Shown piece by piece: positions 1 to 5,862 of a DNA stretch of 46,896 nt. Below the pieces are notes generated by a model, which did no database searches, had not been told where the DNA came from, and saw only the letters and a list, made by a program, of their open reading frames with translations. Every line of letters starts with the position of its first letter. Positions within the stretch are counted from its first letter, which is position 1. The stretch is from a virus. Both the position numbers and the translations under genes were made by a program. The DNA is taken from the IMG/VR virus record IMGVR_UViG_3300020169_000026, one strand, 5' to 3'.

Positions 1-127
1 CCTAGCTCCATAAGCTCCATTTCCATCGAAGGGGGTAGAGGCATTATACCTCAGTCCCTAACCCAAAGATACGACGACCACCTGCTACAAAACCTAGCAC
101 ACGATCCACATTAAAGCACTTGTAGCC
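1..127. repeat. 127-bp terminal overlap, identical to 46770..46896 (circular assembly junction)
   Basis: The string cctagctccataagctccatttccatcgaagggggtagagg...cacttgtagcc is read identically at both window ends. ORFs run through the junction without disruption. Confidence 0.95.
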
Positions 128-334
128 TTGTTTAGTCTTCAGTGTGATGTACCCTGCCTTACGCAGTGCTTCAGCGGCTATACGGCCTTTCTCGTTGCCC
201 TTAAGACCTTTTATTACATTCATGCGTCCAGTATAGGTACGCTCTTCGTTATCCTTAGTTAAGAATTTAACTGTGATAAACTTGTTTTGGTTCTCTGATA
301 ATACATTAGTAACCATGTTAAGTGGTAGTGTCAT
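44..334 (-). CDS. Hypothetical early protein, possibly an SH3-fold WYL_2/DUF2693-like protein
   Basis: 96-aa ORF. Its stop overlaps the start of the next upstream gene (TAATG). The motif ITVKFLTKDNEERTYTGRMN resembles the DUF2693 core (F.KkdG..R...g). Confidence 0.7.
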   Translation of the reverse strand: MTLPLNMVTNVLSENQNKFITVKFLTKDNEERTYTGRMNVIKGLKGNEKGRIAAEALRKAGYITLKTKQGYKCFNVDRVLGFVAGGRRIFGLGTEV

Positions 335-651
335 TATATACTTCCTTCTGCTTGTCTATTAATTTCCACTGAGGGGGTATCTTCTTGTCCCTCTTGTTCT
401 ACAACGTAATTCCACTCGGCTTCCATGTCAATACTGTATGGTGGTAGCATCGTGAGTGCATGTGTATTGAAGGCGACAAAATTAGATATGCCTATACTAT
501 TCTCTAGTGCATACTTTCCACTGAGGTACTTAGCTGACTGTTCAGCTTCTTCTAGCACTCTCTTACGTCCATCTAAAACTGTAACGCCTTTGCCTTTACC
601 TTTGTTTACACCTGCTACTTTATATGTTTTATTTTCGTCTCTACTGCTCAT
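334..651 (-). CDS. Hypothetical early protein
   Basis: 105-aa ORF in the tightly packed leftward operon, abutting its neighbours. Confidence 0.7.
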   Translation of the reverse strand: MSSRDENKTYKVAGVNKGKGKGVTVLDGRKRVLEEAEQSAKYLSGKYALENSIGISNFVAFNTHALTMLPPYSIDMEAEWNYVVEQEGQEDTPSVEINRQAEGSI

Positions 652-663
652 GTTATTATCCTT

Positions 664-816
664 TTAAAGCAACTGGTTATCTATGGTTTGCTGTTCGTAG
701 CACTCTTCACATATGTCAAGATCAGTTAGTTGTTCGAGATCAACCTCTTGTTCACAGTTAATACAGAATATTTTATTCTCTTCTAGCTCGACTACATAAT
801 TACCTATTCTACTCAT
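664..816 (-). CDS. Small zinc-ribbon protein (CxxC...CxxC)
   Basis: The track ORF is 664..849. An internal ATG at 816 has a strong SD (AAGGAG 7 nt upstream) and sits just after the stop of the upstream gene. The Cys motifs are FCINCEQ...ICEECYEQ. Confidence 0.7.
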   Translation of the reverse strand: MSRIGNYVVELEENKIFCINCEQEVDLEQLTDLDICEECYEQQTIDNQLL

Positions 817-817
817 G

Positions 818-1132
818 TTATTCTCCTTCTTTAAATGAATACTCATCATACAACGTAGGTATTCTTATACGCCTTACAACTCCGTCCTGATGCTCTTGTA
901 ACACTGATTCAGCAAAACTTATACAGCCTACACCTACAAAACCATACTCAGGAGCTTCTTCATACGCCTCGTGATATACTTTTATTAGCTCCACATACAA
1001 CTCATGTGGTATCTCATCGTTTAACAAGCCCTTAGTTAGTTCTGTCTCTGTCTTGTAAACCTTATTCCCATCGGGGGGTCTAACGAACTGTCCAGTCTCA
1101 GGGTCAATCGGTGGTATCTTATCTCCGCTCAT
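818..1132 (-). CDS. Hypothetical early protein
   Basis: 104-aa ORF with an ATGA overlap to the 1129..1317 gene. Confidence 0.7.
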   Translation of the reverse strand: MSGDKIPPIDPETGQFVRPPDGNKVYKTETELTKGLLNDEIPHELYVELIKVYHEAYEEAPEYGFVGVGCISFAESVLQEHQDGVVRRIRIPTLYDEYSFKEGE

Positions 1133-1317
1133 GTTACCACCATATATTCACGATGTACTGTAGAGGTACTTAGTAAATTATCGTTATGATCTAAGTCAAC
1201 ATCACTACAAGACATGATCTCTAAAGCTATCTCTTTAGCTTCGTCTTCACTGTCAGCTTTTATTCTAAGGTTCACGCCTTCTTCATAGTGTACGCCTACA
1301 TAATATTCTTTAGTCAT
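1129..1317 (-). CDS. Hypothetical early protein
   Basis: 62-aa ORF, operon-packed. Confidence 0.6.
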   Translation of the reverse strand: MTKEYYVGVHYEEGVNLRIKADSEDEAKEIALEIMSCSDVDLDHNDNLLSTSTVHREYMVVT

Positions 1318-1319
1318 TA

Positions 1320-1565
1320 TTATATTCCCTTCTCTATTATATCCATTACTTCATAAGTTAAGTTGTCAATCAAGTCATACACATCTTGTGGTTCATGGTA
1401 TTCAAACGGCTCCCATGCGTATTCCTTAATAAGTTCCATTTGCTCATCGTCTTCCAAATCCCAAAAGTCATCTTCTAAGTGTACTGCCAAGAAGTGTCCT
1501 GACAGTCTAACGAATAGCTTACGATACTTCTCATCTTTTTCTGATTCAATCATATAATCAGGCAT
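1320..1565 (-). CDS. Hypothetical acidic early protein
   Basis: 81-aa ORF that overlaps the end of the upstream gene by 8 nt. Confidence 0.65.
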   Translation of the reverse strand: MPDYMIESEKDEKYRKLFVRLSGHFLAVHLEDDFWDLEDDEQMELIKEYAWEPFEYHEPQDVYDLIDNLTYEVMDIIEKGI

Positions 1566-1824
1566 TGTTATTCTCCTTTGCTAAGTATTCCAAATTAAAC
1601 CAATGTCCATGTGATTCCAGATAACTAAACTGTCCATCACTTTGTACGTGTAAATAGTGTACGCCATACTTACGATCTTTGCTAACCGCAAACCTGTTTC
1701 CATTGATACCTAACTTGTTAAGCATCTTGTTAGCATTGTCAACTATCTCTTGTGCTGTATACTCTTCACTAGGCTCTTGCAGTTCTATCCACACACCCAT
1801 AGTTGTTAGTTTTTGTTTACTCAT
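1558..1824 (-). CDS. Hypothetical early protein
   Basis: 88-aa ORF with an AGGAG SD upstream of the ATG at 1824. Confidence 0.7.
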   Translation of the reverse strand: MSKQKLTTMGVWIELQEPSEEYTAQEIVDNANKMLNKLGINGNRFAVSKDRKYGVHYLHVQSDGQFSYLESHGHWFNLEYLAKENNNA

Positions 1825-1834
1825 TATACTTCTC

Positions 1835-1978
1835 CTAATCTCTATTACCGATTATTGGCGAATGCCCATCTCTAACGCATTTGTCAGCTAAATCTGATGC
1901 TTCTTTATATGTTAACCAATGGTCATTTACTTCCTTACCATCGACCCAAACGCTATATGCTTTTCTTGTATCACTCAT
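1835..1978 (-). CDS. Small hypothetical protein (47 aa, not in the ORF track)
   Basis: Hand translation gives MSDTRKAYSVWVDGKEVNDHWLTYKEASDLADKCVRDGHSPIIGNRD. Its ATG overlaps the stop of 1971..2195 (ATGAGTGA) and it fills an otherwise empty gap. Confidence 0.6.
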   Translation of the reverse strand: MSDTRKAYSVWVDGKEVNDHWLTYKEASDLADKCVRDGHSPIIGNRD

Positions 1979-2195
1979 TGTTATTCTCCTCTTCATATTT
2001 ATCTAATGCACGTTGACAGTCTTTATGATCTACATACATTTCTATTTCTCTTTGATGACAGTAAGCTGTACCTGATAACTCTCCGTTAATCATTTCTATT
2101 TCTTCTATGTCTACTTCCATCTCGCCATAACCTAAGTCTAAATAGACTCTAGTGTCTACGTGCCTACCATATTTTGTTCTAACTATTTCTAACAT
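1971..2195 (-). CDS. First gene of the leftward operon, hypothetical
   Basis: The track ORF is 1971..2225. The internal ATG at 2195 is preceded by AAAAGGAGAATCATA (strong SD), so the shorter 74-aa form is preferred. Confidence 0.65.
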   Translation of the reverse strand: MLEIVRTKYGRHVDTRVYLDLGYGEMEVDIEEIEMINGELSGTAYCHQREIEMYVDHKDCQRALDKYEEENNNE

Positions 2196-2215
2196 TATGA
2201 TTCTCCTTTTATGTT

Positions 2216-2244
2216 TTCTTAACATGTTCCCACGTAGGGGTCAA
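2216..2244 (-). promoter_or_regulatory. Candidate leftward sigma70-type promoter (TTGACC-N17-TAAGAA with an upstream TG)
   Basis: On the minus strand the sequence reads TTGACC cctacgtgggaacatgt TAAGAA. It lies about 20 nt upstream of the SD of the first leftward gene, and its spacer is one copy of the CCCACGTAGGG motif. The -10 element is weak. Confidence 0.3.
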
Positions 2245-2304
2245 CTATTAATTCCCACGTAGGCTATTTCCCACGTAGGGGGTCTACTAATTCCCACGTA
2301 GGGG
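2227..2304 (+). repeat. Four tandem copies of TTCCCACGTAGG(GG)
   Basis: Copies are at 2227..2240, 2252..2263, 2268..2282 and 2291..2304. Each can form a CCC-ACGTA-GGG mini-hairpin. Confidence 0.9.
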
Positions 2305-2305
2305 T

Positions 2306-2456
2306 GTGACATAATTACCACTGTAATATAAATGCAACAGTGACATAAATGCAACGTGATATTATTACAACTTGACGTGACATATTTGCAACGTGACATA
2401 AATGCAACTGATTCTGTATTTTGTATTTTATCTATTGACAGTGACATAATTGCAAC
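2306..2456 (+). repeat. Array of seven 16-bp iterons, GTGACATAAATGCAAC
   Basis: Units are at 2306, 2323, 2340, 2356, 2377, 2393 and 2441. Six lie nearly head-to-tail, and the seventh forms the spacer of the candidate rightward promoter. Confidence 0.9.
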
Positions 2457-2464
2457 ACCATAAT
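2435..2464 (+). promoter_or_regulatory. Candidate rightward sigma70-type promoter (TTGACA-N18-CATAAT)
   Basis: TTGACA is at 2435..2440 and CATAAT at 2459..2464. Iteron 2441..2456 occupies the spacer. Confidence 0.35.
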
Positions 2465-2528
2465 TGATTCGTTTGTATGTGATTCGTTTCTACTACACAT
2501 TGTTATCATGCTGTCAAGTCATAGCTGG

Positions 2529-2639
2529 TATGCGTTCAATGCATATGTGACAATTTAACACTTGACTCCAATGTTTATGATTCGTTCTTCAGGTCTATGG
2601 TATGCATAAATTGCATGTTAGGTATGCGTCTAGTGCATA
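2529..2639. promoter_or_regulatory. Three operator-like palindromes, (GG)TATGC-N7-GCATA
   Basis: O1 is 2529..2545 (tatgc gttcaat gcata). O2 is 2601..2617 (tatgc ataaatt gcatg). O3 is 2623..2639 (tatgc gtctagt gcata). Confidence 0.6.
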
Positions 2640-3035
2640 GATATGTTTTGATTCGGCATCAGTCCATTTTAACACGAAACCGCGATTTGAGTCAACCCAC
2701 TTTATAACGCTCAAATTAGCCCCTCTGACGGCCTTTAGGTCTTTAGCGTGGTGTAACCCATAAAATTGATTCGGCGGCGTTACAGCGAGTCAAGTATAAA
2801 CGACATGCAGCAGAGTCATTATTTTTGAGTTTGTGACAATATAGCCACATGGATTCAGCTTCGATTCAGCTTGCAAACCCCTTATTTATATAGTAATAAT
2901 AGTATATCGAGTCCCCTTGGCTTCCTTGCAGTGATTCGATCCGACTTATAGGCGTTAGTCCCTGCGAGTTTTTGAGACCCAATTTGGGCTTAGATAAAAA
3001 CGCACTCTGGCCTCTGGTTTTAAGCGGTTTAAGTC

Positions 3036-3052
3036 TATGCCAATTAGGCATA
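3036..3052. promoter_or_regulatory. Fourth TATGC-N7-GCATA palindrome
   Basis: The sequence tatgc caattag gcata lies about 55 nt upstream of the first rightward ORF. Confidence 0.5.
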
Positions 3053-3106
3053 CTGACGAGTCGCAGTATCGACGAAACTTAAACACTGATATAAGGATTT
3101 ATCAAA

Positions 3107-3313
3107 ATGACACTTAAAGAAACATATACAAAGAAGTCTCTATTTTTATCACAAGCGCAAAGTTTTAACTTTGAGTTAAATGAAGAACAAATACTTGCCA
3201 AGGCATTAGATGTTGGTTTCGTTGTTAAAATTGGTGAAGACTTATATGAAGTAAATGTCAATTATGATGAAGTATCACAAGACGATATTGATTACCAAAA
3301 CGACACTTATTAA
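3107..3313 (+). CDS. Hypothetical early protein
   Basis: 68-aa ORF with an AAGGA SD inside the conserved AACACTGATAWAAGGATT box. Confidence 0.65.
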   Translation: MTLKETYTKKSLFLSQAQSFNFELNEEQILAKALDVGFVVKIGEDLYEVNVNYDEVSQDDIDYQNDTY

Positions 3314-3344
3314 ATTATTAACACTGATAAAAGGATTCTATATT

Positions 3345-3575
3345 ATGAAACATTATACTAACAAGATTTTTACTGACTCTCTAAAATCTGAATGGGTTAA
3401 CTACGCGGTTTTCCCGTCAACTTATACTGATAAGCAAATATTAAATTTTGCCGAGTCTCAAAATTGGCCTTTAGAGTCCTATTCGGATTCACATGGTTAT
3501 AGTAGTAAATTCAATTTGACTCGCAAGGGGTCGAGAGTCTTGTTTTCAGTTTTCGGAGGTTTAAATTATGTTTAA
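3345..3575 (+). CDS. Hypothetical early protein
   Basis: The track ORF is 3255..3575. The internal ATG at 3345 is preceded by the same AACACTGATAAAAGGATT box plus SD, so the 76-aa form is preferred. Confidence 0.65.
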   Translation: MKHYTNKIFTDSLKSEWVNYAVFPSTYTDKQILNFAESQNWPLESYSDSHGYSSKFNLTRKGSRVLFSVFGGLNYV

Positions 3576-3723
3576 GTTCTTAATTACTCTTTTAATAAGT
3601 ATCTTAATACTTGCCGCTTTTATCTTGTCTTGGTTAATGGCCTCTTTAGGGGATAACCTAGGCGCTATGCTAATTCTAATTGTGCCTATATATGGCGCGT
3701 TTATTCTATATAGGGAATCTTGA
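3568..3723 (+). CDS. Small membrane protein (51 aa, not in the ORF track)
   Basis: Hand translation gives MFKFLITLLISILILAAFILSWLMASLGDNLGAMLILIVPIYGAFILYRES, with two hydrophobic helices. There is a GGAGG SD, and the ORF overlaps the upstream stop. Confidence 0.6.
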   Translation: MFKFLITLLISILILAAFILSWLMASLGDNLGAMLILIVPIYGAFILYRES

Positions 3724-3724
3724 T

Positions 3725-3931
3725 ATGAATACTTATTTAATTACTTGGCGTGAAAAATTTTCTATGGAACGCGATGATGAAGGCAATCTATATAAAACTA
3801 GTTTCTTTGAACAACCATTTAAGGGCAACTATCCGAGTCGTGCGATTCAAAAATGGTCTAGACTCTGGAATTTAAAGGAGTCGGATTGTATGGAATTTAA
3901 GATTGAACTTATTAATGAAAAGGAGTCTTGA
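3725..3931 (+). CDS. Hypothetical early protein
   Basis: The track ORF is 3680..3931. The ATG at 3725 directly follows the upstream stop (TCTTGATATG junction), giving 68 aa. Confidence 0.6.
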   Translation: MNTYLITWREKFSMERDDEGNLYKTSFFEQPFKGNYPSRAIQKWSRLWNLKESDCMEFKIELINEKES

Positions 3932-3932
3932 T

Positions 3933-4199
3933 ATGCGTTATAAAATTACATCTCCTAGGGTCTTTATAGACACGCTTGAATCGTTTTTCGACGAACATGG
4001 TGGTTATAAATCTTATATTGTTAACGCTTTTTCAGATTACATGAAAACAGATTATGAGGATTACGTTGGTAGTTTCACAGACGCTTGTAACATTCGTGAT
4101 ATATTGAACGATTATTATGATCTAAACTTACCACCATTGGACGCGATTCAGTGGAGTCAATATGTCAATCACAATGCTAGTTACTTGGGAGAATCTTAA
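3933..4199 (+). CDS. Hypothetical early protein
   Basis: The track ORF is 3903..4199. The ATG at 3933 has an AAGGAG SD and the same TCTTGATATG junction, giving 88 aa. Confidence 0.65.
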   Translation: MRYKITSPRVFIDTLESFFDEHGGYKSYIVNAFSDYMKTDYEDYVGSFTDACNIRDILNDYYDLNLPPLDAIQWSQYVNHNASYLGES

Positions 4200-4403
4200 A
4201 TGTATGATGTAAATAAACTTGATGAAATAATTATTGGTGGTGTTGATCCAAGGGACTACCCTGATTTTTGCGATGCTTATATTGAGTCTGCTACCTATGA
4301 CGGGGTTATAATGACATATAAGCAACTTGATGAACTTAACGAACAAGAACCCTCGTTTGTTAATGAATACGCTTTATTAGATTTTTTAGGGGAGTCTAAA
4401 TAA
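4200..4403 (+). CDS. Hypothetical early protein
   Basis: 67-aa ORF whose start abuts the upstream stop. Confidence 0.65.
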   Translation: MYDVNKLDEIIIGGVDPRDYPDFCDAYIESATYDGVIMTYKQLDELNEQEPSFVNEYALLDFLGESK

Positions 4404-4561
4404 TGACACGCAATGAATTTTTCGAATTATGTGAAGAGCATTTAATTGATCCGTCTATAGCTCTTGAGAATGAGAACATAGCAAAAACTTTAGGTGTAGC
4501 TATAAAGAATAGGATTATAGAAAAAGCAAAGATTACACTTATACTAGAAGAGGAATTTTAA
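4403..4561 (+). CDS. Small hypothetical protein (52 aa, not in the ORF track)
   Basis: Hand translation gives MTRNEFFELCEEHLIDPSIALENENIAKTLGVAIKNRIIEKAKITLILEEEF, with a TAATG overlap to the upstream gene and a GGGGAG SD. Confidence 0.6.
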   Translation: MTRNEFFELCEEHLIDPSIALENENIAKTLGVAIKNRIIEKAKITLILEEEF

Positions 4562-4563
4562 TC

Positions 4564-5304
4564 ATGCCACGTAAAACTATTATATTATATCAAGGTGCGA
4601 GTCTTATAAATGGTCAACCTATTGTTGCATTAGCTCAATCAGATTCGACTAATAGCAAAACGGGTAACATGATTCAAACGTTTATCTTAGACGCTACTGT
4701 TGACCCTCTAGAGGCCTCTAGGACGGGACGGGACTCTTCTATCTGTGGTAGTTGTCCCCATAGAGGCACGCCAAATAATAACGATAAAGGCCAAGCGACA
4801 AATAGAACTTGTTATGTGACGTTAGCTCATGCCCCTTTAGGTAAATATAAGGCATATAAAAAGGGCGTGTATGGTACTAAGACCGCGACACTTAAAGAGA
4901 TTGAATCTTTTGGTAGTTTACAAGGGGTGCGTTTGGGTACATATGGAGATCCTTGCGCTGTCCCTAATGACATTTGGAAAGCCCTAACTATTAAAGCGTT
5001 ATATTCAACCGCTTACACTCATGCCGCTATCAACCCAATGCCAGAGTCAATCATGACTAGCACTGATAATCTTAAGCAATCTATTGATGCATGGAGTCGT
5101 GATGAAAGGACGTTTAGAGTCATATCTCATGTTGATCAACTATATAAGAGGCGTGAAATATTATGTCCAGCTAGTGAAGAGATGGGCAAGCGTGCGACGT
5201 GTGCTAGTTGTAAGTTATGCGGCGGTAGTAAAGTAAATGCTAAATCGATTGCTATTGTTGCACATGGAACAAGTAAACGTAAGGCAAAGGAGTTAGTGCA
5301 ATGA
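4564..5304 (+). CDS. Cys-rich hypothetical protein (possibly metal-binding)
   Basis: 246-aa ORF with Cys clusters ICGSCPHRG...CYV and CPASEE...CASCKLCGG. I do not recognise the family with confidence. Confidence 0.75.
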   Translation: MPRKTIILYQGASLINGQPIVALAQSDSTNSKTGNMIQTFILDATVDPLEASRTGRDSSICGSCPHRGTPNNNDKGQATNRTCYVTLAHAPLGKYKAYKKGVYGTKTATLKEIESFGSLQGVRLGTYGDPCAVPNDIWKALTIKALYSTAYTHAAINPMPESIMTSTDNLKQSIDAWSRDERTFRVISHVDQLYKRREILCPASEEMGKRATCASCKLCGGSKVNAKSIAIVAHGTSKRKAKELVQ

Positions 5305-5471
5305 ATATTTATGTAGGTTATTTTAATTTAGCGGGTAAGTTACATTGCTTTAGGGAATGCAAGAGTCTTAGTGAAGCGAATCTTTTCATCGATAACAGGA
5401 GAAACAACAGTAAATTAATCATAGCTAGAATATTATCTAATGAGGAAAGGGGTTTATATGTGAAACGATAG
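5301..5471 (+). CDS. Small hypothetical protein (56 aa, not in the ORF track)
   Basis: ATGA overlap with the stop of 4564..5304. Hand translation gives MNIYVGYFNLAGKLHCFRECKSLSEANLFIDNRRNNSKLIIARILSNEERGLYVKR. Confidence 0.45.
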   Translation: MNIYVGYFNLAGKLHCFRECKSLSEANLFIDNRRNNSKLIIARILSNEERGLYVKR

Positions 5472-5480
5472 GTAGTGAAA

Positions 5481-5525
5481 GCATAGGTTGAGTCGGTAGT
5501 ACCTCCCAAACGACTCAGCTTATGC
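5481..5525 (+). other. Long stem-loop (15-bp stem including 2 G-U pairs, 15-nt loop)
   Basis: The arm gcataggttgagtcg (5481..5495) pairs with cgactcagcttatgc (5511..5525). Confidence 0.7.
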
Positions 5526-5820
5526 CTTGCCGATTCGCCCTCCGAGTGCAACAGATTTTTACGAATGTCAAGGGAACCCTTAGAATCATACAGCTGATTC
5601 GCGGAGGGGTGTGGCTACCCATATGATTTCCAACATAAAAAAAAATAAAGTAGGTTCGAAGGGGTGTCATATTGTCACAGGTACGGCGGCTATATCATTT
5701 TCCCACGGAGTCATTACAAGAGAACGACACAAGAAGGCGACATTGGCTACCCACTTAAGTAAGCTGTCAAGAAAAAAGATTTGTTATATATCAACGACTT
5801 ATAAAATAGTTAAAATACTT

Positions 5821-5856
5821 ACTTCACACTTTTGTATAATAAGACATTATATATAC
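5821..5856 (+). promoter_or_regulatory. Promoter-like element A (ACTTCA-N18-CATTATATATA), upstream of the late operon
   Basis: About 30 of 35 nt match element B (41530..41564, minus strand), and the spacing is the same as in element C. A perfect TATAAT also lies at 5835..5840. Confidence 0.55.
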
Positions 5857-5862
5857 ATAAGA

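Noticed and set aside
2241-2447. 68-aa minus-strand ORF across the repeat arrays
   Set aside because: It is composed entirely of the TTCCCACGTAGGG boxes and the 16-bp iterons, so the open frame is a repeat artefact. The real first leftward gene starts at 2195 with a strong SD.
2306-2456. Possible CRISPR array
   Set aside because: The 16-bp units lie head-to-tail with essentially no spacers and are degenerate. There is no leader and there are no cas genes. They fit iterons or operators instead.
2196-3106. Operator cluster taken as evidence of a temperate lifestyle
   Set aside because: No integrase, excisionase, attP-like site, ParAB or recognisable CI/Cro is present. The switch-like architecture alone does not establish lysogeny.
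2866-3261. Minus-strand ORFs 2866..3051 and 3079..3261
   Set aside because: They have no SD and would be transcribed against the rightward early unit. The second overlaps a well-supported + strand gene. Their compositions are odd (for example a YYYYY run).
5318-5551. 77-aa minus-strand ORF
   Set aside because: It is antisense to the coupled + strand ORF 5301..5471 and to the structured region. It has no SD and lies in a block transcribed entirely rightward.
5646-5675. tRNA-like T-loop string GGTTCGAAGG
   Set aside because: The flanking bases cannot form a T-stem, and no acceptor, D or anticodon arms can be drawn. No tRNA is present in the window as far as I can see.
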